DNA from: Candidatus Nanohalalkaliarchaeum halalkaliphilum | GTDB taxonomy: Archaea > Nanohalarchaeota > Nanosalinia > Nanosalinales > Nanohalalkaliarchaeaceae | Length of the DNA: 47,532 nt | Direction of reading: 5' to 3' | Assembly (NCBI GenBank): GCA_022729315.1 | Contig: JALDAF010000002.1 | Span: 1-47,532 of the forward strand | Part shown: piece by piece, positions 39,141-47,532 of the stretch | How the letters are laid out: every line of letters begins with the position of its first letter | How positions within the stretch are numbered: the stretch's first letter is position 1 | Notes under the pieces: model-generated | Seen by the model: only the letters and a program-made list of their open reading frames with translations | Told to the model about the DNA's origin: nothing | Database searches by the model: none | Made by a program: the position numbers and the translations under genes

Positions 39141-39710
39141 TCACCAGTACTGCTTCCACACAATATACAGGACGATGACCGCGGCCGCAACGCCCAGCAT
39201 GACGAGACCGAACGACCCGTACAGGAACGACACGATCTCCTCCCCGTACCACATGATAAGAACCGCTTCTGTGAAGAACCTGAACCCCCGTGACAGGAAC
39301 GATACCACGATGAACGCTCTGAAATCCAGTTTGAACGCGCCAGAGCTGATGGTGAACACCTTATAGGGGACGGGAGACATCCCTGCAACCCCGACAGCCA
39401 GTACCCCCCACCGCTCATAGTACCGGTCCACGCGACCGATGTTCTTCCGGGACACCGTCTTCTTCAGGACCGGGCGCCCACCCCTGTATCCGACATAGTA
39501 GCCGAACGCCGCTCCCATCACCGATCCAATGGTCGTGACCGCGGCGTAGACCAGTGCCAGCTCCGGCGTGGCCAGCGCCAGCGGGATCAGTATCACGTCC
39601 GCCGGCAACGGGAGGAACGACGAGTTCAGAAATGAAACAATGAACAGGCCGACCATACCCATCGCTTCAAACAGTTCCTCGGCCGCCGCCAATAGCCCGG
39701 TCAACACCAT
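39141..39710 (-). CDS. DedA/YqaA (VTT domain) membrane protein
   Basis: SSFLPLPADV, GS..GA..GY..G..GGRP, SPVPYKVFTI.SG, SRG.RF. Confidence 0.9.
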   Translation of the reverse strand: MVLTGLLAAAEELFEAMGMVGLFIVSFLNSSFLPLPADVILIPLALATPELALVYAAVTTIGSVMGAAFGYYVGYRGGRPVLKKTVSRKNIGRVDRYYERWGVLAVGVAGMSPVPYKVFTISSGAFKLDFRAFIVVSFLSRGFRFFTEAVLIMWYGEEIVSFLYGSFGLVMLGVAAAVIVLYIVWKQYW

Positions 39711-39826
39711 AACATCTTTTTGGAGACGATTCTTTTAGAAGATATTCGCCCCTCCAGCCTTCGATAACGACGCCGCACAGAGAGATATTAAAGCCTGAAA
39801 TAACAACAGCACTGTGGACAAATACC

Positions 39827-41236
39827 ATGGAACTCCATCCACAGGCACAGGATCTGCTGAAACTTCTGAAGGAGAAGGAATCCGTATCGGTCGCTGAACT
39901 GGAAGAGGATCGGTCGCACGGCGAGGTGATGCGGCCCGCCCAGTGGCTGGCAGATGAAGGCCTTATCGACATCGAGGAAGACACTGTCGAAGTCTATGCA
40001 TTGACAGCGGACGGGGAGGACGCGCTTGAGAACGGGCTACCCGAGGAACAGGTCCTGGAGATGGTGCAGGGCGGTGACAACACTGTTGAGGCGGTGCGCA
40101 GCCTCGGAGAGATCGCCGGTCCCGGCATCGGCAAGGCCAAGGAGAAAGGACTGATCGAGATCCGTGACGGCACCCTGCACCTGACAGATGCAGGACGGGA
40201 GATGCTTGACGAGGAACACCGTGAACTGGCTGAACTGGACGCAGTGCAGAACGGTGAGGATATCGATGATGAGATGGCGGAGGTGCTGCTTGATCGTGGA
40301 CTGATCCAGCGGAAGGAACGCACCGCCCGCACGTTAACGATAACAGAGAACGGGAAGGAACTGGATCTGCGTACCGTGTCCGATGCGTTCAACGTGGAGG
40401 CAGATGCACGGGATGCGCTGGTAGGCAGGAAACATTTCGCCCGTGAAGTATACGATTACATCCGCCGGACCTGGGTGGAGATGGGGTTCAAGGAGATGAA
40501 GGGGCCGATCGTTGTGCCGTCACTCCTGAACTTCGACGCGCTGTACACGCCGCAGGACCATCCGGCCCGCGAGCTCCATGACACGTTCTTCATGGAGGTC
40601 CCGGAGGATGCAGACCTGTCCGTCTACGGGTCCAGCGTTGACTGGATTAAGCATACCCATGAGCACGGATGGGAGACCGGGAGCACTGGATGGCAGTACG
40701 ACTGGAGTGAAGACGAGGCAGCCCGGAACGTGCTGCGGACCCATACGACCGCGGTCTCAGCGAAGACCCTCCACGAGCTGACCGAAGACGATCTACCGGC
40801 CAAGTTCTTCTCACTGGGCCGTAACTTCCGGAACGAGACCGTGGACTGGAAGCACCTCGCCGAGTTCAACCAGTCCGAAGGCATCGTGGTCGACCCGGAT
40901 GCCAACTTCAGGCACCTGCTCGGATACCTGCAGCGGTTTTTCACCAGACTGGGGTATGCGGATGTCCGGTTCCGACCCGCCTACTATCCATACACGGAGA
41001 TGTCCGTGGAGATCGATGTTTACGACGGGGAGAAACAGGAGTGGGTGGGACTGGGCGGTGCCGGCATGTTCCGGCCCGAAGTCGTGAAACCACTGGTCGG
41101 GTTCGAAGTACCGGTGCTGGCCTGGGGTCTCGGCCCCGGCCGGATCATCATGCGGAAGCACGGCCTCACCGATATCCGGGACATGTACCGGAACGACCTG
41201 GAACTCCTGCGAAACGCACAGGGGTGGTTGAAGTGA
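39827..41236 (+). CDS. pheS: Phenylalanine--tRNA ligase alpha subunit
   Basis: NFDALY.PQDHPARE..DTF, LRTHTT, FRNE..D..HL.EF.Q.EG, YYPYTE.S, GAGMFRPE. Confidence 0.96.
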   Translation: MELHPQAQDLLKLLKEKESVSVAELEEDRSHGEVMRPAQWLADEGLIDIEEDTVEVYALTADGEDALENGLPEEQVLEMVQGGDNTVEAVRSLGEIAGPGIGKAKEKGLIEIRDGTLHLTDAGREMLDEEHRELAELDAVQNGEDIDDEMAEVLLDRGLIQRKERTARTLTITENGKELDLRTVSDAFNVEADARDALVGRKHFAREVYDYIRRTWVEMGFKEMKGPIVVPSLLNFDALYTPQDHPARELHDTFFMEVPEDADLSVYGSSVDWIKHTHEHGWETGSTGWQYDWSEDEAARNVLRTHTTAVSAKTLHELTEDDLPAKFFSLGRNFRNETVDWKHLAEFNQSEGIVVDPDANFRHLLGYLQRFFTRLGYADVRFRPAYYPYTEMSVEIDVYDGEKQEWVGLGGAGMFRPEVVKPLVGFEVPVLAWGLGPGRIIMRKHGLTDIRDMYRNDLELLRNAQGWLK

Positions 41237-41325
41237 GGTTCCGCGATGCGGAGACCGGCAAAGCCGGTCCGAGAACTGCCGCCTGCTTCTCTGGGCAGGC
41301 GAATGCACGGGGGTGGTTGAAGTAA
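41213..41325 (+). repeat. 24-bp imperfect duplication of the pheS 3' end flanking a three-hairpin element
   Basis: 41213-41236 vs 41302-41325 (3 mismatches); hairpins at 41240-41252, 41253-41269 and 41280-41301. Confidence 0.9.
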
Positions 41326-43035
41326 ATGGCAGTGATAGACGTGAAGAAGACGGATCTGGAGAAGATGGTCGGCAAAGAACTATCTATAGAGCGGCTGGAG
41401 CAGGAGGGGTCCATGCTCGGCATATTATTTGAACGCTCGGGGAACTCACCGAGTTCCCTTGATCGAGCGAACGCTTCGAGTTCGTCGAGTACCGATGAAG
41501 ACAATAAGATCGCGGTCGAGGTAGAGCCGAACCGGCCAGACCTGCTGTCCGCGGAAGGCGTGGCACGCGCCCTGAAAGGGTTCTTCGAGATCGAGACGGG
41601 GGCCGTGGACTATCCTGTCACAGGCGGCGATGTCACCGTTACCGTGGATGACAGTGTGGAGGACGTACGGCCCTTTATCGCGTGTGCACGGATCACCGGA
41701 CTGGAGTTGAGTGAAACCGCTCTCAACAGTCTGATCCAACTGCAGGAGAAGCTGACGGAGACGTACGGCCGGAAACGGGAGAAGATCGCGATCGGTCTCC
41801 ACGACGCTGCACCGCTTACCGATGATATCACGTACAAAGCGGTTGATCCCGCGTACAAATTTATACCGCTCGGCCACGACACTGAACTGTCGATGGCGGA
41901 GATACTGGAGGACCATGAGAAAGGAAAGGAGTACGGGTGGATCGTGGAGGACTTCGAGAAGTACCCGCTGATCGTTGATAGCGAGGAGACCGTGCTGTCG
42001 TTCCCTCCCGTCATCAACGGCGTTGCGACCGCGGTGACGACAGAGACAACCGATCTGTTCCTGGACGTGACCGGCACATCGAAACGTGAGGTGGAGACCG
42101 CGCTGAACATCCTGGTCGCAGCAGCACATGAACGGGGCGGAACCATCGAATCCGTGACCGTTGACGGCACTGAACTGCCGGACATGGAACGGGAGACGCA
42201 TACCGTGGATCCTGATTACGTCCGCAGCATCTCGGGCCTGGACGATCTGTCCGCTGACGGCATGGCTGAGCAGCTGGAGACACTGAACTACGGCGCACAC
42301 GGCGAGGACGGAGAACTCCAAGTGGAGGTACCGGCGTACCGGGCGGACATCATGCATGACTACGATATCATCGAGGACGTGGTAATCGGATACGGGTACG
42401 ACAACCTCAATGAACATATCCCGGATATCGCCACGATCGGCGCACAGACACAGGAACGCGTGTTCACCGACAAACTCCGCGAACTCATGGTCGGTGCCGG
42501 AGGACTGGAGGTGATGACATTCATCCTGTCCAACCGCGACACCCTGTTCGGGAAGATGGATCGGGATGACTCGGAGATCGTCACGATGGCGAACCCGTTG
42601 ACCGAGGACTATGCAGTGGTGCGGAACTGGCTGCTGCCCAGCCTTATGGAGGTGCTGGGAAACAATCAGCACAACCGGTACCCGCAGACCGTGTTCGAGG
42701 TCGGGCTATGCTCCCAGCTGTCGGACGATACCGCCACCGGTGCGGAGGATATGCGGAAGCTGGCGTACGCCGCCGCCGACCGGGACGTGGGATTCTCCGA
42801 TGTCCGCAGTGTGCTGCAGTCGCTGGCGCGGTGGCTGGGTGTCGAACTACGGGTGGAGGAAGCGGACCACGAAAGTTTCACGGAGAACCGGTGCGGCACC
42901 GTCTACGTGGACGGACACGAGGCCGGTATCATCGGCGAGATCTCGGACAGCGTATCAGAGAACTGGGGGCTGGAAGAGGTGGACGTGGCTGCATTCGAAC
43001 TTGATGTGGAGACACTGCGGACGGCCTCAGAATGA
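41326..43035 (+). CDS. pheT: Phenylalanine--tRNA ligase beta subunit
   Basis: NRPDLLS.EG.AR, RP...., QLQEKL...GR.R...AIG.HD, SFPPVIN, P.YRADI.H..DIIED. Confidence 0.96.
   Translation: MAVIDVKKTDLEKMVGKELSIERLEQEGSMLGILFERSGNSPSSLDRANASSSSSTDEDNKIAVEVEPNRPDLLSAEGVARALKGFFEIETGAVDYPVTGGDVTVTVDDSVEDVRPFIACARITGLELSETALNSLIQLQEKLTETYGRKREKIAIGLHDAAPLTDDITYKAVDPAYKFIPLGHDTELSMAEILEDHEKGKEYGWIVEDFEKYPLIVDSEETVLSFPPVINGVATAVTTETTDLFLDVTGTSKREVETALNILVAAAHERGGTIESVTVDGTELPDMERETHTVDPDYVRSISGLDDLSADGMAEQLETLNYGAHGEDGELQVEVPAYRADIMHDYDIIEDVVIGYGYDNLNEHIPDIATIGAQTQERVFTDKLRELMVGAGGLEVMTFILSNRDTLFGKMDRDDSEIVTMANPLTEDYAVVRNWLLPSLMEVLGNNQHNRYPQTVFEVGLCSQLSDDTATGAEDMRKLAYAAADRDVGFSDVRSVLQSLARWLGVELRVEEADHESFTENRCGTVYVDGHEAGIIGEISDSVSENWGLEEVDVAAFELDVETLRTASE
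41434..41484 (+). repeat. In-frame palindromic insertion within pheT
   Basis: CGCTCG-GGGAACTC-ACC-GAGTTCCC-TTGAT-CGAGCG plus CGAAC..GTTCG, encoding RSGNSPSSLDRANASSS. Confidence 0.75.
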
Positions 43036-43148
43036 TGCTCTGCTACCGTGGCGCAAAACGCCGGTCGTAGTCTTCATCAATCACTTCTTCGCCACGCATC
43101 CGAACCGGACAACGATATCGCACCGGAGCTACGTCGGTACTATCCCTC

Positions 43149-43489
43149 CTATTCATATGGTACTGCGTCTTCCAACGTTTCCACCAGCTGATCCCGGGCA
43201 AGTTCGATATGTTCAACGGCTTCTTCATTGATCGGGTACGTACGCGGGTGACGCCGGACCTGACTGTCAAGGATCTTCTTGACGAAGTGCATCTTGAGCA
43301 ATCCCTCCATCTCCTCCTCATCCTCCGGTGTCTCCACCGGATCACGATACGGGGATCCCGTCGTTCACGATGGTTGTTTAGATGCGTATTGAAACTTCCA
43401 ACTGCTTTGTTATACAGCAAACATTCCTGATGCAGTTGGTCCTGGACGAATTCCTCGTCCCCTGCTCCCTGATACCCTACCGACGACAT
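43149..43489 (-). pseudogene. Probable single small gene split by a 1-base frameshift near 43351
   Basis: Acidic MSSVGYQ...RRDP from 43489 and acidic PYRDPVETPEDEEE...VPYE* to 43149 overlap in adjacent frames at GATCCCCGTAT. Confidence 0.5.
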
Positions 43490-43609
43490 TTTTTATCACA
43501 ACACGGTAGTAGTACTGTGGCGTTTCCTTATAAGTTTATATGTCCTACAGCACCAGGATTAAACAAACGTTCGACAAGAACAGGTTTTTCCAGAGTGACA
43601 GTGAACCGG

Positions 43610-44257
43610 TTAGAATGACGCCATTGCTTCTTCAAGCGCCCGAATGATGGTTTCTGCGTACAGTTCCCGGTTTTCTTCAGAGACAGGCAGTTCTCTGTTG
43701 CTGTCAGCGATAACGGTGGCGACACTCGTGTGTGGAACTGTGTGCGTCATAAGTCCCATATGAGGATTATTCTCCTCACCGGTCCAAGTGTAATTAAATT
43801 TATCCGTGTTCACGCGTAGAAAGCCCTCGGTCTCGGCAGGGTCAACTCCGTACCGGTTAAGTGCATCGGGATTGACCCGGACATATGTTTCATCAACGGA
43901 ATTAAGGAGTCGTTCTACTTCTTTTGGTTCTAAGTCCACGTTCAGTTTCTGGTTCCATACCGTGCCAGCGTCCTCCGATAACACCGCTTCGTATGCCACG
44001 TCAGGATGGTAACTGTCAGCAAGAATCTTTGCATCACGCAGCGCACTTCCCGTCGTATATCCCTCAGGGTTCTGCCACAGAACACTTACAAACCCTGTGC
44101 TGTCCCCGGTATAGTACGGGCCAACGGTTTTACGTCCTCCGGATCTGGATACTGCAGTCCCCTCTGATTCTTCGAATCGCTGAATAGAATACGCCACATC
44201 ATCTTCAATAAGGCACTGATCCCACTCATCTTTTTCGCGAAACGTGTAGTCCTTCAT
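43610..44257 (-). CDS. Hypothetical protein in a lower-GC islet
   Basis: 215-aa acidic ORF with many A/T-ending codons; weak gamma-glutamylcyclotransferase-like pattern. Confidence 0.7.
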   Translation of the reverse strand: MKDYTFREKDEWDQCLIEDDVAYSIQRFEESEGTAVSRSGGRKTVGPYYTGDSTGFVSVLWQNPEGYTTGSALRDAKILADSYHPDVAYEAVLSEDAGTVWNQKLNVDLEPKEVERLLNSVDETYVRVNPDALNRYGVDPAETEGFLRVNTDKFNYTWTGEENNPHMGLMTHTVPHTSVATVIADSNRELPVSEENRELYAETIIRALEEAMASF

Positions 44258-44275
44258 CAGAAACCACTCCAGAGA

Positions 44276-45043
44276 TCACTTGAAGAAGTTCATGATCTTG
44301 TTGAACAGGCCTTCGGACCGGTTTTCCGGCACGTATTCGATGCCTGCAAGGTCGGCTGCGAGTTTCCGGAACCGTTCCGAGACGTGGTGATCGTCTGCGT
44401 GGTGGACGACCGGTGCCTTGTTGGAGATGGCGTCGTCGAACACTTCATGGTCCGGGATCTCTGTGACCACCGGATATCCGATCATGTCCTCGATCTCCTC
44501 CACGGATAGTTCAGATTCGTTGTCGCGCACGCGGTTCAGTACCACGCCGAGAATATGTGTGCCGGCTTCCTCCGCGATCTTACAGGTTTTCAGTGCATCC
44601 GTGACAGCGGGCAGGTTCGGGTTGGTGACGATAATAACTTCGTCCGCTGCCTCGATTGCATGGATGGATTCGCGTCCGAGACCTGCTGCGGAGTCCAGTA
44701 ACACGAACTCTGGTTCGCCGACCGTATCAAGCAGAACGTCTCCAAGGTTCTCCGGTGACGTGTTCCGCAGATCCTCCACCGAGAGGCCTGCCGGAACGAC
44801 CCGGAGCCCGGAGTTGTGGATATACGTGGCTTCGGTGATGTGTGCGTCGCCCCGGAGCACGTCGTGCAGTGTCACCGGGTACAGCGGGATGCCCAGGTGG
44901 AAGCCCAGGTTGGGATTGGTCAGGTTCGTGTCCATGACCACGGTATCAACACCGAACTCTGTCAGTGCAGACCCGAGATTTGATGTCAGCGTGGTTTTTC
45001 CAACGCCTCCCTTCCCACTAGAAACACAGATCAGCCGTGTCAT
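44276..45043 (-). CDS. minD: MinD/ParA family ATPase
   Basis: SGKGGVGKTT, D..L..PNL..HLG, LLDSAAGLG, VTNP.LPAVTDALK. Confidence 0.92.
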   Translation of the reverse strand: MTRLICVSSGKGGVGKTTLTSNLGSALTEFGVDTVVMDTNLTNPNLGFHLGIPLYPVTLHDVLRGDAHITEATYIHNSGLRVVPAGLSVEDLRNTSPENLGDVLLDTVGEPEFVLLDSAAGLGRESIHAIEAADEVIIVTNPNLPAVTDALKTCKIAEEAGTHILGVVLNRVRDNESELSVEEIEDMIGYPVVTEIPDHEVFDDAISNKAPVVHHADDHHVSERFRKLAADLAGIEYVPENRSEGLFNKIMNFFK

Positions 45044-45118
45044 TATGTGTGTCTCATTAGTGGTTAAGTCTTTTATAATGAACGGATACCGGCATGAGTG
45101 GATATTCTTCCATCACAG

Positions 45119-46327
45119 CTACTCGTACCGGAGCGCGTCCACCGGCTCCAGTCTGGCTGCCCGTTGCGCTGGTAGCACTCCGGATACCATCCCTGTAAGC
45201 GTGGAGAACACGAGAACTCCTGCAACAAGGGGCGGTGATACGGTCACGGTAATCGGGAGTGCAGCGTAGATGGTGACGAGGTATGCGATCGACATGCTGA
45301 TAGCATATCCGAAAACCAGGCCTATCCCTCCTCCAACCATTCCGATGACAGCTGCCTCCATCATGAAGATCGTAAGTATCTGTCGGTCCTCCGCACCCAC
45401 CGCCTTCATCACCCCAATCTCCCGCGTCCGCTCCGACACCGACGTAAACATCGTATTCATAATGCCCACACCCCCCACCAACAAACTGATAGACGCAATA
45501 CCCAACACAATCGCCTGCACCACACCAAGCACGTTACCAAACAGCTCCATCAAATCACCTGCTGTGGCCACAGTGAAGTCCTCCTCTCCCTCCGGGATGT
45601 TCCGGTCCTGCCGCAGCGCATGTTCGATAGGGTCCACGACATCGTCCGGTTCGAACCCAGGAGCAGTCTCCGCAATGATCCAGGTCAGTTCATCGTCCCG
45701 GTTCAGCAGATCACGTGCCCGGTCGATCTGCATAATCACTCCACGATCGTATTCCGGGTCTCCGGTTGGCGCCATCACACCAATCACCCGTACCTGTTCC
45801 CCGCGGACAGAAAGCTGGTTTCTGACACGGACCGGATGCTCGAAGGCGTTCTCAACCACCCGGTCTCCGATCAGGACATTGTTCCGGTCGTTCGCATGCA
45901 GGTTCCGACCATCCGCCACCTCGAACGCGTTCGCCTCCATCACCAGCTCCTGTGTATGGTCTGTCGGTATCCCGATCACGGGAAGGAGTTGTTCCTCACC
46001 ACGGAACGTGACCGGAACATAGTCGTAGAACATCCCTCCGGACTCAGCCACTCCCGGCACCCGTCGAACCGTTTCCACGTCCCGGTCCGCCAGTGTGGAC
46101 TCCATCTGCGCGATCATGCCCAACAGGTTCCCTCCCGGATAGATGTAAACCTTATCAGCTCCAAGCGCTTCCACTTCCTGGGCGATCGTATCCTCCAGTC
46201 CCTGTCCAAGCGAGATAAATGCGATGACCGCGGTGATCCCGATCACGATCCCGATAATCGTCAGGAATGACCGCTTCTTCTGGCTGGAAATGTTCCGTAC
46301 CGACACCATCGCGAATCGTCCATACAT
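45119..46327 (-). CDS. ABC transporter permease (MacB/FtsX family)
   Basis: RSFLTIIGIVIG, IASISLLVGGVGIMNTM..SV.ERTREIG.MKAVGA, PA.RAA.L.PVDALR; alternative GTG start 46336. Confidence 0.93.
   Translation of the reverse strand: MYGRFAMVSVRNISSQKKRSFLTIIGIVIGITAVIAFISLGQGLEDTIAQEVEALGADKVYIYPGGNLLGMIAQMESTLADRDVETVRRVPGVAESGGMFYDYVPVTFRGEEQLLPVIGIPTDHTQELVMEANAFEVADGRNLHANDRNNVLIGDRVVENAFEHPVRVRNQLSVRGEQVRVIGVMAPTGDPEYDRGVIMQIDRARDLLNRDDELTWIIAETAPGFEPDDVVDPIEHALRQDRNIPEGEEDFTVATAGDLMELFGNVLGVVQAIVLGIASISLLVGGVGIMNTMFTSVSERTREIGVMKAVGAEDRQILTIFMMEAAVIGMVGGGIGLVFGYAISMSIAYLVTIYAALPITVTVSPPLVAGVLVFSTLTGMVSGVLPAQRAARLEPVDALRYE
45362..45529. repeat. 168-bp tract, copy 1 (copy 2 at 46576-46743)
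   Basis: 166/168 identical by manual alignment. Confidence 0.92.
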
Positions 46328-46332
46328 CGCTC

Positions 46333-47499
46333 TCACTCCTCCCGTAACGCATCCACCGGATCCATCAATGCAGCTTTCCGGGCCGGCATAACCCCCGAGA
46401 TCATGCCGACCACTGCGGAGAACAGCAGCGCGCCGATCACCAGACCAGGGGTGATGGAGGCACCAACAGGGACCGCGGTAAACTGCTGTGCAACGTACAC
46501 TGCTCCCAGGCTGAGGCCGGCACCAAGGATCACACCGATGCTGCCGCCGATAACGCCGATGATCGCTGATTCAAACATGAAGATCGTAAGTATCTGCCGG
46601 TCCTCCGCACCCACCGCCTTCATCACCCCAATCTCCCGCGTCCGCTCCGACACCGACGTAAACATCGTATTCATAATACCCACACCCCCCACCAACAAAC
46701 TGATAGACGCAATACCCAACACAATCGCCTGCACCACACCAAGGATGCTGCGAAACGAGTCGAGGATGTCAGCCATTGCGAACACGGTGAAATCCTCCTC
46801 GCCCGCTGACTGTCCACGGTCACGGCGCATCTCCTCCTCGATACTGTCCACGACCTGTTCCGGTTCAGCACCTGGACGCGTCTGTGCCACGATCCGTGTC
46901 AGATCATCCTCCACATCGAACACCGTCCACATCTGGTCTCTCGGCATAAATATCACGTTCTCGAACTGTGGGCCTGACGGGTTGACGATGCCAACAACAC
47001 GGAAATCCCTGTCATTGATACGTATCGAATCCCGGATGCCGATCTCCCGTTCAAACGTGTTCTCAGCGACCTGCCTCGTTATCACGATATTGGTCCGGTC
47101 AGCCGCCCTGATATATCGTCCGTCCGCCATCCCGGCAGAGGTCACGTCCTGCACTATGTCCGCTGCTGCACCTGTAGGCATCCCCACAACGAGGACGACG
47201 GCAGGTTCCCCGCGATGTGTGACTGCTGTGCTGCGCTGGTAAAGCCCACCCGCAATTTCAACGCCATCCGCCCGCTCGACCACTCCGATATCATGTTCTG
47301 TCAGATCAGCAGAGATTATCTGCACCTTATCGGCACCGATGTCCTCGAACTCGCCGATGATGGCCTCCTCCATCCCCTGCCCGAGCGAGACCAGTGCCAC
47401 CACGGCCGCGATCCCGATGAAGATACCGATAACCGTCAACCACGACCGCCGTTTCTCATTGATGATGTTTGATGCAGCGAGACCCAGCTTGTCGTACAT
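46333..47499 (-). CDS. ABC transporter permease (MacB/FtsX family), paralog
   Basis: Same motifs as the neighbouring permease. Confidence 0.93.
   Translation of the reverse strand: MYDKLGLAASNIINEKRRSWLTVIGIFIGIAAVVALVSLGQGMEEAIIGEFEDIGADKVQIISADLTEHDIGVVERADGVEIAGGLYQRSTAVTHRGEPAVVLVVGMPTGAAADIVQDVTSAGMADGRYIRAADRTNIVITRQVAENTFEREIGIRDSIRINDRDFRVVGIVNPSGPQFENVIFMPRDQMWTVFDVEDDLTRIVAQTRPGAEPEQVVDSIEEEMRRDRGQSAGEEDFTVFAMADILDSFRSILGVVQAIVLGIASISLLVGGVGIMNTMFTSVSERTREIGVMKAVGAEDRQILTIFMFESAIIGVIGGSIGVILGAGLSLGAVYVAQQFTAVPVGASITPGLVIGALLFSAVVGMISGVMPARKAALMDPVDALREE
46576..46743. repeat. 168-bp tract, copy 2
   Basis: 166/168 identical to 45362-45529. Confidence 0.92.
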
Positions 47500-47500
47500 A

Positions 47501-47532
47501 CTAGCCTCTCCGTCGTTTCCAGTACACGGTAC
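47501..47532 (-). CDS. C-terminal end of an upstream gene (TVYWKRRRG*), likely membrane-anchored
   Basis: TAG stop 1 nt before the permease ATG; basic tail typical after a TM anchor. Confidence 0.45.
   Translation of the reverse strand, partial: TVYWKRRRG

Noticed and set aside
41446..42672. Long antisense ORFs (also 1774-2646, 6903-7922, 9708-10610, 19534-20433 and others)
   Set aside because: Shadow frames of well-supported genes in GC-rich, acidic-codon DNA
45362..46743. Diversity-generating retroelement TR/VR pair
   Set aside because: Only two synonymous differences, both copies lie in conserved coding segments, and no reverse transcriptase is present
1..47532. tRNA/rRNA genes, transposases, integrases, provirus
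   Set aside because: None recognised on either strand by eye; tRNAscan-SE or Infernal would be needed to exclude split or intron-rich tRNAs

Overview
Gene-dense chromosomal window from an extremely halophilic archaeon (strongly acidic proteins, archaeal information-processing genes, TATA boxes ~25 nt before leaderless starts). The compact genes, GlyRS/EndA types and class III signal-peptide cluster fit DPANN Nanohaloarchaeota best (inference). Housekeeping content: scpB, rqcH, tmk, hel308, a glycolysis/NAD block (cupin pgi, tpiA, nadM, nadE, nnrD, type I gap, pgk, trmB, pfkB, pgm/pmm), alaX, lplA, endA, rhomboid, glyS, trpS, pheST, minD and two ABC permeases. I found no tRNA, rRNA, CRISPR, transposase or integrase. 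Main leads: (1) a 40-codon ORF missing from the ORF track, with its own TATA box, ahead of an operon encoding a putative circularly permuted ATP-grasp ligase, an M14 deacylase/peptidase, a GNAT-like protein and a catalytically deleted M14 copy, i.e. a candidate peptide ligation/modification system; (2) small hairpin elements linked to duplicated gene 3' ends (endA, pheS) and an in-frame palindrome inside pheT; (3) a four-gene type IV pilin-like/LamG surface operon; (4) a coupled phosphoesterase/PD-(D/E)XK-like/minimal RNase R operon; (5) many intact orphan genes resembling enzyme folds with altered catalytic motifs; (6) a 168-bp near-identical tract shared by the two permeases. All family calls are by eye from motifs, without database searches.
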